DNA from: Octopus sinensis
Taxonomy: Eukaryota
NCBI RefSeq assembly: GCF_006345805.1
Contig: NC_043000.1
Coordinates: forward strand, 154,008,001 to 154,072,000
Direction: 5' to 3'
Length of the DNA: 64,000 nt
A program made the position numbers and the translations under genes. Every line of letters begins with the position of its first letter. The stretch's first letter is position 1. Of this stretch, positions 39,590 through 61,023 are shown piece by piece. Under the pieces are notes generated by a model. That model saw only the letters and a list, made by a program, of their open reading frames with translations. It made no database searches and had not been told where the DNA came from.

Positions 39590-40570
39590 CAAACGCGTGT
39601 ATTATTTTCTAAACGCTGTCCGTTTTGTAAACCATATGATTTATTACATTAAATGATCTTGACATATCAATTTACCCCAAATATCCTACATGAAAAATGG
39701 AGTATTTCATCATATTCCAATATCTCTAATTAAGATGTCAGCGTTACCCATTGAAAGTTGGGTACTAATTGTGACAGTATCGCAAACTTCAAAATCTTAT
39801 GGTATATTTTATACCAATTAGCAAAACCCAATTTTTTGTTTTTGTCGTTTACCTCAGATCCCATTTTTTAAATATTATTTAGTAATATAACTAATCTGCC
39901 TGTTAACTAACCTAATTACAATATAGTATTCATACGCAATACACAAATGCACAAGTACGTGCTTTACATAAAAATACAGCGGAATATTTTCACTAAAGTA
40001 TTCAACAAAAGGACGTGCTGTTTCTAAACAGCATCACCTTCGCCCTTTAAATCATGTTGCTTATTACATTATAGGAGGTAGCACCTCATCTTACATAATC
40101 AGCCGACAGAAACAGAGAAGTATTTCATCTCATCCCAACATCCGATATAGAGGAAGAGACAGAATCACCCCATTATCTATGTAAAGAAGAGAATAATTTA
40201 TCCCACTTGCAACATACGATATAAAAACACAAACGACTTTCAAAAGTGAATACCCGAAACAACTACAAAAGGTGTTTTGAAAGCTATAAAACTATACGGA
40301 AAGCAGATGGTGGAATCGCGTGATGTTTTTGTTTCTGTACAAACTGTCTAGAAAAACACATCATGTGACACTGGCACTGGCCTTACCTTCCGATTTCGAC
40401 CGATTGATAGATTAAAGGTATTAAGAATAACAACTTTGATATCATGTCTATTTGGGGCTGGGGTCAAAATCTTTATATTCATATAGTTGTCATCACGTTT
40501 CTCTTGAACTGAGATAAGACGTAAATATACTGGGATCACGCCAGATATTTGCAAAATACAACGAATCTGC
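39590..40570 (+). pseudogene. Decayed LRR / TLR-like remnants, copy C (N-terminal only) and copy D
   Basis: C: KRCPFC..FHHIPISL..VTH*KL. D: FHLIP..NLSHLQH..RDVFVSVQ..ALPSD/FRPIDRLKVLRITTLISCLFGAG. Confidence 0.4.
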
Positions 40571-40578
40571 TGTAGTGT

Positions 40579-40587
40579 CTGCTGCTA

Positions 40588-40631
<44 letters not shown>

Positions 40632-40652
40632 ATTGATGCTGCTATTGATGCT
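40579..40652. repeat. (GCT)n microsatellite
   Basis: Directly visible. A shorter (GCT)n sits at the homologous position of copy A (35782-35806). Confidence 0.95.
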
Positions 40653-42355
40653 GTCGTTGTTGTTGATGAGAAGACGAGGAAGAATTTTTTTTTCAAAATT
40701 TATGTTAGCCTTTGCTTTCATTCTCAGCAGCCTTAAATATCTTCTAGAACGTTAGAAATGATTGATTATATTCCTCTTTGCGTATATATCTCAAGAACTG
40801 ATTGATTCCATTTTTCATTTATTATCCATTCTATATTTTACCTTTTTCTTTTCAGTTCTTTGTTAAAATCAGTTCATCCTTTCATTGAACGACTATCTGT
40901 TGGCAGGCATGCATGTCTTTGCTTGTATCTGCATTTGTATGCCTGTTTGAATACGTGCATTTTGTGTTCCTGTTGCCCCTACTAACATACTTCATATTAT
41001 GATGAAAAATGCCAATTAATTACCATCTAAAAAAGAAGAAACCATAGGCTCAATTGCTAATGTAAATCAAATCTATTCACAACAAAGGGGTGATATCTCT
41101 AATCTGGTAAGCACCCAGGAAAGGTTTCGCATCTTCAATATTTTATGACGCCGAAACATACTCTTAATCAGCATCGTACTTGTCAAAATTAAAATTATAT
41201 TAATATTAGCCCTCGATGTAATGTGTTCATACCTTCACTGCATGCGTAATTGTAAATTTAATCAATTAAAATTTCTGAATCGTCGCACCAAGATTTGACC
41301 AGATTTAATTAACATTAGTCATTGTGTTTATAATTTGTTCTCCTCATTACATGGGTAATTTTAATTAATTAAAATAATTATTTTTCTCGTCGCATTAATC
41401 ATGTTAGCAGTCACTCACACATTGTTTTTCGTGTTTTTCAAAACAACCTATCATGTGATTGTTGTATATGTTCTGGTTCAATCATAAACGTCTCCAGTCA
41501 TGTTGCACATTTTATACAGACCTCTTTTCCATGTACTGATTCAAAAGTAAATGTACGAAAACAGTTTCCTTTCATATTCTCCATGTTTATGCAAAGAATA
41601 AAGATCACCGTGGCCTGTGTCTGTAAGATATGATGAACACCTATCTCAACTCGCTACGGTAATAGTTTATTATTAGATGAAAGTGTCATATATATGACAC
41701 GAGTACAAGGCACTAACGAAAATATTATACAGACCAACGACCCCTTGGCACACTGTTGATTTGTCCAACGGCCAATTAGACTTCTGTGTATATCTTCAGA
41801 TGAATGTGTCCTCTGTTTTGTTATCATCTTCTCTTCTTTAGTATCTATTCTGCTTCTTTCGCTCTTCACTCACCAATAGTTTCCATTTCGAACCAACTAC
41901 AGAGCCCCTAAATGATCATTTGACCTGCTTGAAATAGCAGCCGAATTACGCGCTCCTGTGTTCGAGAAGGAAGCAACACATTATAAAATGTAGTCCTACA
42001 TAGACCTAAGAAGACAAGATGGGTGTGGCTGAAATACATTTGATCACAGATCCATTACATCCGAGTTTAAAATTCAAGACAACGATTTCTATTATAAATC
42101 TGAAGATCTTATTTCTCAATTAATTTAAGTATTCGCAGCTAAAATAAAATTCTGTAACTCTGTATTGGAAAATGTTCGTTTACAAATACATATTGTATAT
42201 GTTCTGTCTCATTTATTTTCATTCCCTCTTTTATATACACACACACACACACACACATACAACACACATATATATGTATGTATGTATATGTGTATGCGTG
42301 TATACACACACTCATATATATGTACATATATATATATATATATACATGTGTATGT

Positions 42356-42400
<45 letters not shown>

Positions 42401-42405
<5 letters not shown>

Positions 42406-45400
42406 GTATGTATATATGCATACATATACATATGTATGTATATACATACATGCATACATATGCATACACAATATGCCACCCCAGTTGGTAGTTTGATATT
42501 TACTGACATGTTTAAGATATAATATCGTTGTGATTTTGTAAGTCTAACTCGATTACACATATTCAGATAAACTTTAAGGCTATATCAATTTCACACTTCT
42601 AATTAAATTTTCTGATGATCGTGACGCCCCATATAGCTTTATATCATCCATGAATAAGCATATGGTTTACTTTCTTTTATTATAACCTACATCAGTTTAC
42701 CATTGAGTACTCCTTGTAACAAGAGACAGTCCTGATTCCTGATTCCCATGATAGAATGGAGACATGACTCGTAAAAACACTCGAATAATTGTGCCAGTCT
42801 CTTGCATATAATTAATACTTCGTAATCATTGATTGATTCATTGCATCGCTACCATGACCTTCCCGCGTGCATGTGTTCGTTCATGAGTTTGAACGAATGT
42901 AGGAATACGAGAAATTCATAGTAGCTTTTGTTTCTCTAGTCTATATACACAATCCTAGATACGTAAGTGAAACTTGAGCAACAACTGAGAAGTGTCAAAT
43001 GCTTAGCTTAATACCATCTTGTACATTTTTCTGTATCTTCTACACACTGAAATTGCCGAACACACTCTTTTTATGGTATTTATTTCAGTCCTACTTTTTG
43101 TGACTATTTAGTAACAGCATCACGTGATTAGCAGTACCAATCAATAACTGTAATAAATACATATATTATCAGATTATACATATGTGTATGTAGGTACATA
43201 TATAATATATACAATCAAATATTGGAGTACTCCTGCTCCTAATCGCTTTGTACAATTATGTCATAGTTACATAACAAATAACACTCAGCAGGCCTTTGAG
43301 AAGATTTTAACGGTGCTAGGGAAGAAAAACTGAAGCGTCCATTTTCTTCCGTAGCAGAGCTGTTCTCAAAGGTACAATGAGAGTTCTTGAACAACGTTGA
43401 CAATTTCAGGAAACTTCAGTTGGTCATGCAGTAAATACAGGGTGTGGTGAATAAATTGTCGTCTAAATTATGCAAAAATCTCATTTTAACACATATATTT
43501 CCAAAATTACATAAAAATATCTTGAAATACTAAAGAGTAAATTTATTCAATAAAAACGCCATTGGCTTCAATCACGGCCTCCAGACGACTTCGGAATCTC
43601 CTGCTACTCTTCTGAACTCTCCAGTGTTACAAGGAATTTTGTTGGTCTCTCGCTCAACTGCGCCCCACTCATAATAGTCAAGGGGGTTGCAGTCTGGGAA
43701 GTTAGGTGGCCAGATTTTAAGGGGTGATGTGGTCGCAGAAATTGAGGGTCTCTGGTTAAATTTTGTAGCCTATTGTAAAACAATAGCCTATTTGATTAGA
43801 TTAAATTCTTCAGATCCGTTATGCATGGCCCTCATTACTCTTTTATATGTGTGTGTGTGTGTATGTGTGCGTGCGTGCGTGTGTGTGCGCGCGATATGCG
43901 TGTGTATACTGTTTTGTTTGAGAGTCTCTTGTTAAATTTTATCTGTCTTTTGATGATGAGAATAACTAAGACTGAACTATAAATATATATTTAAATGTTG
44001 TATAAACATACAAAATGACTCTTAAATTATATAAAGTGAAATGGCAGTTAGAATCGAACCTTGATTTGTTATTATTGGCATTTTGATATATATATATATA
44101 TAATATATATATATATTATATATATATATATATATATTTGTGTATGTATATATGCATACATATACATATGTATGTATATACATACATGCATACATATGCA
44201 TACACAATATGCCACCCCAGTTGGTAGTTTGATATTTACTGACATGTTTAAGATATAATATCGTTGTGATTTTGTAAGTCTAACTCGATTACACATATTC
44301 AGATAAACTTTAAGGCTATATCAATTTCACACTTCTAATTAAATTTTCTGATGATCGTGACGCCCCATATAGCTTTATATCATCCATGAATAAGCATATG
44401 GTTTACTTTCTTTTATTATAACCTACATCAGTTTACCATTGAGTACTCCTTGTAACAAGAGACAGTCCTGATTCCTGATTCCCATGATAGAATGGAGACA
44501 TGACTCGTAAAAACACTCGAATAATTGTGCCAGTCTCTTGCATATAATTAATACTTCGTAATCATTGATTGATTCATTGCATCGCTACCATGACCTTCCC
44601 GCGTGCATGTGTTCGTTCATGAGTTTGAACGAATGTAGGAATACGAGAAATTCATAGTAGCTTTTGTTTCTCTAGTCTATATACACAATCCTAGATACGT
44701 AAGTGAAACTTGAGCAACAACTGAGAAGTGTCAAATGCTTAGCTTAATACCATCTTGTACATTTTTCTGTATCTTCTACACACTGAAATTGCCGAACACA
44801 CTCTTTTTATGGTATTTATTTCAGTCCTACTTTTTGTGACTATTTAGTAACAGCATCACGTGATTAGCAGTACCAATCAATAACTGTAATAAATACATAT
44901 ATTATCAGATTATACATATGTGTATGTAGGTACATATATAATATATACAATCAAATATTGGAGTACTCCTGCTCCTAATCGCTTTGTACAATTATGTCAT
45001 AGTTACATAACAAATAACACTCAGCAGGCCTTTGAGAAGATTTTAACGGTGCTAGGGAAGAAAAACTGAAGCGTCCATTTTCTTCCGTAGCAGAGCTGTT
45101 CTCAAAGGTACAATGAGAGTTCTTGAACAACGTTGACAATTCAGGAAACTTCAGTTGGTCATGCAGTAAATACAGGGTGTGGTGAATAAATTGTCGTCTA
45201 AATTATGCAAAAATCTCATTTTAACACATATATTTCCAAAATTACATAAAAATATCTTGAAATACTAAAGAGTAAATTTATTCAATAAAAACGCCATTGG
45301 CTTCAATCACGGCCTCCAGACGACTTCGGAATCTCCTGCTACTCTTCTGAACTCTCCAGTGTTACAAGGAATTTTGTTGGTCTCTCGCTCAACTGCGCCC

Positions 45401-45820
45401 CACTCATAATAGTCAAGGGGGTTGCAGTCTGGGAAGTTAGGTGGCCAGATTTTAAGGGGTGATGTGGTCGCAGAAATTGAGGGTCTCTGGTTAAATTTTG
45501 TAGCCTATTGTAAAACAATAGCCTATTTGATTAGATTAAATTCTTCAGATCCGTTATGCATGGCCCTCATTACTCTTTTATATGTGTGTGTGTGTGTGTA
45601 TGTGTGCGTGCGTGCGTGTGTGTGCGCGCGATATGCGTGTGTATACTGTTTTGTTTGAGAGTCTCTTGTTAAATTTTATCTGTCTTTTGATGATGAGAAT
45701 AACTAAGACTGAACTATAAATATATATTTAAATGTTGTATAAACATACAAAATGACTCTTAAATTATATAAAGTGAAATGGCAGTTAGAATCGAACCTTG
45801 ATTTGTTATTATTGGCATTT

Positions 45821-45825
<5 letters not shown>
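42401..45825. repeat. Near-identical tandem duplication, period ~1736 bp (42401-44090 / 44137-45825), bounded by (AT)n
   Basis: The copies match except for rare indels (CAATTTCAGG vs CAATTCAGG, TG-tract length). Confidence 0.93.
43438..43745 (-). mobile_element. 3' end fragment of a DD37D/maT-like element (duplicate at 45173-45480)
   Basis: TA|CAGGGTGTGGTGAATAAATTGTCG terminus. Minus strand encodes WPPNFPDCNPLDY. Confidence 0.85.
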
Positions 45826-45892
<67 letters not shown>

Positions 45893-45894
<2 letters not shown>

Positions 45895-46715
45895 GTGTGC
45901 GATGGATAAATTGTCGCCATTTTAATTTCTTGCTCGCGCAATGTTTGCTTTTGATTTTGTCGACTACACAGTATAATAGGGTCAGTTGGGCACTGTCTTT
46001 GAGAAAAACAGCACCATGACACAATTCACTCTGCCAGAAATTTGGAAACTACATGATGTACTGCTTGGCATTCACGCCAGAAGCTCCAATACGAACATTT
46101 CAGAGTGTCTGGGTGTCAATCTGAAGACATGTACCGAGAGTGATAAAAATCAAACATCCAGTCAACATCATGGTGTTTGTAGTGATCACTATTGATGACG
46201 AGGTTATGCTTCCATTCTTTTTCTCACATGGCCTCAGATTCAATACAGAGGCTTACATCAAGTGCCTGGAGGAGGTAGTGCTGCCCTGGGTCAAGAGGGT
46301 AACTGCTGGAAGACCCTATGTCTTACAACAGGACTCTGCACCGTACAACACAAGCAGGAAAACCTAGTCATGGCTGTCAGACAATTTCTGCGACCACCTC
46401 ACCCCTAACATCTGGCCACCTAACTTCCCAGACTGCAACCCCCTTGACTATTATGAGTGGGGCGCAGTTGCGCGAGAGACCAACACAATTCCTTGTAACA
46501 CATAAGATGAACTGAAGAGTTCAGAAGAGTAGCAGGAGATTCCGAAGTCATCTGGAGGCCGTGATTGAAGCCAATGGCGTTTTTATTGAATAAATTTACT
46601 CTTTAGTATTTCAAGATTTTTTATGTAATGTTGGTAAATATATCTGTTTAAATGAGATGTCAGTGTTATTTTCATTTTTGCGTAATCTAGACGACAGTTT
46701 ATTCACCGCACCCTG
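45893..46715 (+). mobile_element. Internally deleted Tc1/mariner element, DD37D (maT-like), with both TIRs
   Basis: TA|TAGTGTGCGATGGATAAATTGTCG ... CGACAGTTTATTCACCGCACCCTG|TA. IMVF..QQDSAP..WPPNFPDCNPLDY with 37 residues between the second and third D. Confidence 0.88.
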
Positions 46716-46866
46716 TATTTACTGCATGACCAACTGAAGTTGACAGTATAGTTGGGAAGATTGCTTCTCAGTGACAGAGCTCCAGGTGTAATTTTTCTGC
46801 ACAGTACCTTGAATTTACTACCCATATCCTTCAGTTAACCTACGCCTTGTCAGTGAAACTGAATAC

Positions 46867-46897
<31 letters not shown>

Positions 46898-46916
46898 GAT
46901 AGTTAGATAGATATGC

Positions 46917-46987
<71 letters not shown>

Positions 46988-47039
46988 AATTGCGTGGAAG
47001 CCTGTCTGACAGATTGCACCTTTTTGCCGATCATAGATG

Positions 47040-47390
47040 TATCGTTAGCACTCCGGGAAAAATGTTTAGTGGTCCGTCTTTACGTTCTGAGTTCGAATAC
47101 CGCCGAGGTCGACTTTGCCGTTCATCCTCTCGGGGTCGATAAAATAAGAACTAGTTGATAACTGGAGTCGATGTAGTCGATTTATCCCGTCTCCCGAAAC
47201 TGCTGGCCTTGTGCCAAAATTTGAAATCATTATTTTATGCATACGCCTCTTTACGTTCGGAATTCAAATCCGGCCGAAGTTGACTTTGCCTGACATGTTT
47301 CTGCACTTATCAACTTTTGAAGTCGATTTAAAAGAATATTGTTCCCCCACACAAATTTCTAGTCGTGTGCCAAACTTAGAAATAATATTA
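47040..47390 (+). mobile_element. Degenerate SINE family A-related copies
   Basis: GTTCTGAGTTCGAATACCGCCGAGGTCGACTTTGCC...GGGGTCGATAAA motifs. Confidence 0.75.
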
Positions 47391-47613
47391 TTTTGCCCGC
47401 ACAAATATGTAAATATGCATATGTATGTTATTTCTATATAAATATAGAAATAACATATATATATGGAGAAGCATGGAGCTAAATAAAAACAGTTAGTCAT
47501 TCATATGCATAAAATGTCTGCGAATCCATTACAAACACAACTGTAGACACACTTCTATACGCACTGACAGATCAACAGCGAATGCAAACATACACACACG
47601 ATCATATCTGCAG

Positions 47614-47725
47614 TATTTAAGCATCTAAATTTATTTAAGCATCTAAATTTATTTAAGCATCTAAATTTATTTAAGCATCTAAATTTATTTAAGCATCTAA
47701 ATTTATTTAAGCATCTAAATTTATT
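47614..47725. repeat. Perfect 18 bp minisatellite TATTTAAGCATCTAAATT x6
   Basis: Directly visible, with identical units. Confidence 0.95.
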
Positions 47726-48009
47726 CGTGCTCTTGTCAATCACCTGGGAACATGTGCATGCAAAGTGAAAAGGTTGACAGCGCCCGCAAATATTTCATAT
47801 TCAAAAAGCTAACGGCTGTGTGTGTGTGTCTGTGTGTGTGTGTGTGTGCGTGTGTGAGTGCATGTGCGCGCGTACCTGCTTATATACATACACACACACA
47901 CATACAACACATATATATACGTATTATGTATATGTGTATGCGTGTATACACACACTCATATATATGTACATATATATATATACATATATATATGCTTGTG
48001 TATGTATGT

Positions 48010-48059
<50 letters not shown>

Positions 48060-48537
48060 GTATGTATATATGCATACATATATATATGTATGTATATACA
48101 TACATGCATACATATGCATACACAATATGCCACCCCAGTTGGTAGTTTGATATTTACTGACATGTTTAAGATATATGCATTTATGTGTGTGTGTTTACAT
48201 CATAAATATAGAGAAACATAAAGAGTGAGTTTTAGCTGAGATTCGATCCTAAATCTCTTGCTTAGTGTGTCGGCTTAATGAGTTCCACCAAGTTCTCATA
48301 TTAGCATTCTTTATTCTGTATACACCCTTTATGTTTGAACGTCTCGCTTTATTTAACGTGTAAACATGTTTTCGCCTCTCAATCCTGTTACCCAACAATA
48401 AATATAATGTTATACATTATATGTTTGTGTATATGAGTGTACGCACGCACACACATATACATCTATGCATAACCATGCCTGCAAGTGTATGTGTGAATGT
48501 ACGTATGTGTGAATGTACGTATGTGTGTGTGTACGTG

Positions 48538-48625
<88 letters not shown>

Positions 48626-48694
48626 GTATGTATATGTATGTATGTATGTATGTACGTATGTGTGTATGTATGTGTATATATATATGTATATATG

Positions 48695-48738
<44 letters not shown>

Positions 48739-48795
48739 ATATGTGTGTGTATGTATGTATGTATGTATGTATGTATGTATGTGTATATATATATG

Positions 48796-48845
<50 letters not shown>

Positions 48846-48994
48846 ATATATATGTGTGTGTATGTATGTATGATGTATGTATGTATGTATGTATGTATGT
48901 ATGTATGTATGTATGTATGTATGTATGTATGTATACGCGCACTTTTGTTTTTCTAGTTTACATGGGAGAGTGTTATTTTACTCATTTATTTTGT

Positions 48995-49025
<31 letters not shown>

Positions 49026-49344
49026 ATTTACTGAAGTAATACGAAAACATTTTCATATCAAAAAGTTTGTTTTGGCGCGGCTTGCAGACAGATCGACAAC
49101 GTGATAAAGCTGATCGGATGTTCTCAGATGAAAAGTTAACTTCTGGTCACCTGATCTTCAAATCGCCTGACGAAAACATTAAAACAGTTTCAAAACGTGA
49201 CATTATCAAATTTACCAGCTTCAGTTTGATAGTAAGGGAAAATAAACAGAATAGTATATAAATATTCATTTGTTTAAACCCTATTATTATTATGATAATT
49301 ATTATCATTATCATCACATTATGCTCAGATAATTGTTATCATTA

Positions 49345-49730
49345 TTAAAGGTTTCAAATTTTAAACAAGGCCTGCAATATTAGGGGAGGGTGTTCAGTTA
49401 ATTACATCGACCCCACTGTTTAGCTGATACTTATTTTTCACCCACGACAGGATGAAAGCAAAGGTGACTTCAGGGAAATTTGTACTCTGAACGTAAGGAG
49501 CCGGAGGTAATATTGCTAAGCATTTTGTGCGTCGTGCTAGCAATCAGAAGAAAATGCTTAGCGGCATTTCTTCCCGTTACTTGAGTTCAAATCCCGCCCG
49601 ACAACTTTACCTTTTATCCTTTTGGGGTCGATAAAATAGTATAATACTCGTGAAATACAAGGGGGTCGATATAATCAACATGCCCCTCCTTAAAATTACT
49701 GGCCATGTGTCAAAATTAAATAGAATTATT
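49345..49730. mobile_element. Two degenerate SINE A-related copies, head-to-head
   Basis: Minus copy (GGATGAAAGCAAAGGTGAC) followed by plus copy (GAGTTCAAATCCCGCC..GGGGTCGATAAA). Confidence 0.65.
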
Positions 49731-49962
49731 ACTGTTATTAAATATTCAAACAAACTGACTTCTATGAAATTGCTCTGGGAATAATTCATTTTTATCTGGA
49801 TGAATGAATGAAGAAAGAAGTTTTTTTTGCTCAATCCAATTGAATTTACAGAAGGCTTTCGGACAATTTGATGATCAACTATATTAGCTAAGACAGAGGA
49901 AGTTTTGTTTATAGACATTTTTAATTCTGGCGAGTAATAATTTCCAGTATTTACATACATGA

Positions 49963-50290
49963 GGGCAGCTAGCTGGCAGAAACGTTAGCACGCCGGGCGA
50001 AATGCGTAGCCATATTTCGTCTGCCGTTACGTTCTGAGTTCAAATTCCGCCGAGGTCGACTTTGCCTTTCATCCTTTCGGGGTCGATAAATTAAGTACCA
50101 GTTACGCACTGGGGTCGATATAATCGACTTAATCCTTTTGTCTGTCCTTGCTTGTCCTCTCTGTGTTTAGCCCCTTGCGGGTAGTAAAGAAATAAGTATT
50201 TCGTCTGCCGCTACGTTCTGAGTTCAAATTCCGCCAAGATCGACTTTGCCTTTCATCCTTTCAGGGTCTATCAAATAAGTACCAGTTACG
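49963..50290 (+). mobile_element. SINE family A, second unit truncated
   Basis: Head GGCAGCTAGCTGGCAGAAACG. The body repeats after GTAAAGAAATAAG. Confidence 0.9.
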
Positions 50291-50639
50291 GTCGAGTAGG
50301 CCACCGCTCAAACGGTCCTTGAATAAGGGTTGTTTAAGAAAGAAGAACGAAACATGCATGTTTCCAGAGGTGAATTATTCAAACCCAAAAGAATTCCTCT
50401 CAAGACTTGGCTATGATGCTCCCCCACTACTTTGCTCGTGATCTAGGATGCACATATCGTCGGCCTCTAAGGGACATTCTCAACGGGTTAAGGTCAAGCA
50501 AGTGACTAGCAAATTTGTGATATTGAGCAGAATATTTGCTGTAGCCCACCTTGTATAACATAACAAAACATGTACATGATAACACTTCCAATCAGTTAGG
50601 ATCACAAGCCATGAGATCCACTGCCTGGTATTGCATTTA

Positions 50640-51720
50640 TTATTATTAATCAACATTTTTTTTATTATTCAAAGTTTCAGTCAAATATCTACTGCATCAC
50701 TTGCTATGCCTCCATATTGCTTGGGTGTGTGCAACATTATGTGTGGGTTTGTTCTTCTCGATACCGCATTGCGTCACTTTCTTTTTTTATGGAGTCTGGT
50801 GCAGTCTTTTGTTGTATTAGTGCTTGTATTGTGTGTTGTGTGTAATGCGTTGGGTATATAACCTGCCCGTGGTTGTTTATTTTATTGGATATTTGCTATA
50901 TAGAGTGTGTCTTGTGTTAGTGGATTGTTTTGTTTGGTTTGTATTATTGAATTGATAGTGTCTTGCGGAAGATATGGTCTGTTCCTAGAAGGGCTATCTT
51001 TTTAATAGTGTGTGGTGTTGAGGATCTAAGTATAGCTTCTACGGTTTTGCCTATGTTTTTTATCACGCCCAATATTCCAATTATTACTGGTATTGCTTTC
51101 ATCTTCATGGCCTACCTCATGAATATTTCAATTTCGGGGTTTTTGTACTTTGATAATTTCTCCACTTCTTTAGGGCCAATATTGTTTTGTTATGGGGTCT
51201 GGTTGCAGTTTTTGTTGTATTAGTGTTTGTATTGTGTGTTGTGAGTGTAATGCTAGTTGTGTTCTTCTGTTGAGTATCTTTCCTGTCGAGTATATGCTGT
51301 GGTGGTTGTTTATTTTATTGGTTATTTACTGTATAGAGTGTGTCCTGTATTTGTGGACTGTTTTGTGTGGGTTGTATTATTGAATTCATAGTGTCTTGAG
51401 TAGGCTGTTTCTAGCAGGATTATTGTTTTGGATAGTGTGTTGCCTTTAGAGTCCAGGTATAGTTTCTACGATGATTAACATTCTTATTCAGCATCTTTCT
51501 TTTATTGCATCTGTTTATTACACTACAAGATGTAGCTCTGTTGTGTCTTGCGTATGTGCAGTGCCTAGCAGTGTTATTTTCTGTATTATGCATATTTTAA
51601 GTGCAGTGATTTCAATTATAAATTTACCATGTTTTTCTAATTATTCACATCGCAGCTATTATTATTATAAGAATGCTTTCATTCCGTTCATCCTCAATTT
51701 GCTGTCGTTAGTGTTTGGAT
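50640..51720 (-). mobile_element. Shuffled 3' ends of R4/Dong-like LINEs
   Basis: Minus strand KEVEKLSKYK..IPVIIGILG..KKIALLGTDHIFRKTL, plus a second IQKITLLGTAH. Partial direct repeats at 50810-50965 and 51218-51400. Confidence 0.75.
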
Positions 51721-52117
51721 AATTTCTCCATTTATGTGAATGATACATATGTCTGTTGGGGTTAATACTTCATTTAGTATAAACTTTAATGACGGCCGTT
51801 GATAGCAATATTGATTGGTGAATCACTCTGTAGTAATCCAAGAGTATTCTTTCTGATAATGATGAGCAACTACGGAAAAATTAGCCTATTTTTGTAATAA
51901 TCGATGAAATTAACTATTCAGAAACGTTATACACAATGAAAATAATATTTAAGTTAATGTTAGCGTAATTCATGTAATGAGCCTTAAAAAATGATATAAT
52001 TTTTTAATCTTTTTTTTTATGCTTTCTGCACTAAAAATATTAACATTAAATTAACTATACTTTTTAGTGCAAATGGCATATTTAAGTAATTAACCGCTGA
52101 TTTATTTTATATGTATA

Positions 52118-52533
52118 GGCGCGGGAGTGGCTGTGTGGTAAGTAGCTTGTTTACCAACCACATGGTTCCGGGTTCAGTCCCACTGCGTGGCACCTTGGGC
52201 AAGTGTCTTCTACTATAGCCTTGGGCCGACCAAAACCTTGTGAGTGGATTTGGTAGACGGAAACTAAAAGAAGCCCGTCGTATATATGTATATATATATA
52301 TATATGTGTGCGTGTATGTTTGTATGTCTGTGTTTGTCCCCCTAGCATTGCTTGACAACCGATGCTGGTGTGTTTATGTCCCCGTCACTTAGCAGTTCGG
52401 CAAAAGAAACCGATAGAATAAGTACTGGGCTTACAAAAGAATAAGTCCCGGGGTCGAGTTGCTCGATTAAAGGCGGTGCTCCAGCATGGCCGCAGTCAAA
52501 TGACTGAAACAAGTAAAAGAGAGAGAGTAAGAG
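52118..52533 (+). mobile_element. SINE family B, full length
   Basis: Same structure as 24321-24740. Confidence 0.92.
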
Positions 52534-52609
52534 TATACATCCCAAGTATTAGCAAAGTAACAATACAAGCGTTTGTTACATGTGTATATGTGCTGTTGTT
52601 GTTGTTGAA

Positions 52610-61023
<8,414 letters not shown>

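Noticed and set aside
47614-47725. CRISPR-like array
   Set aside because: No spacers, eukaryotic context and no cas genes.
42139-49104. Many YI/CV/HT-rich ORFs here and elsewhere in the window
   Set aside because: Translations of (AT)n, (TG)n and (ATGT)n microsatellites.
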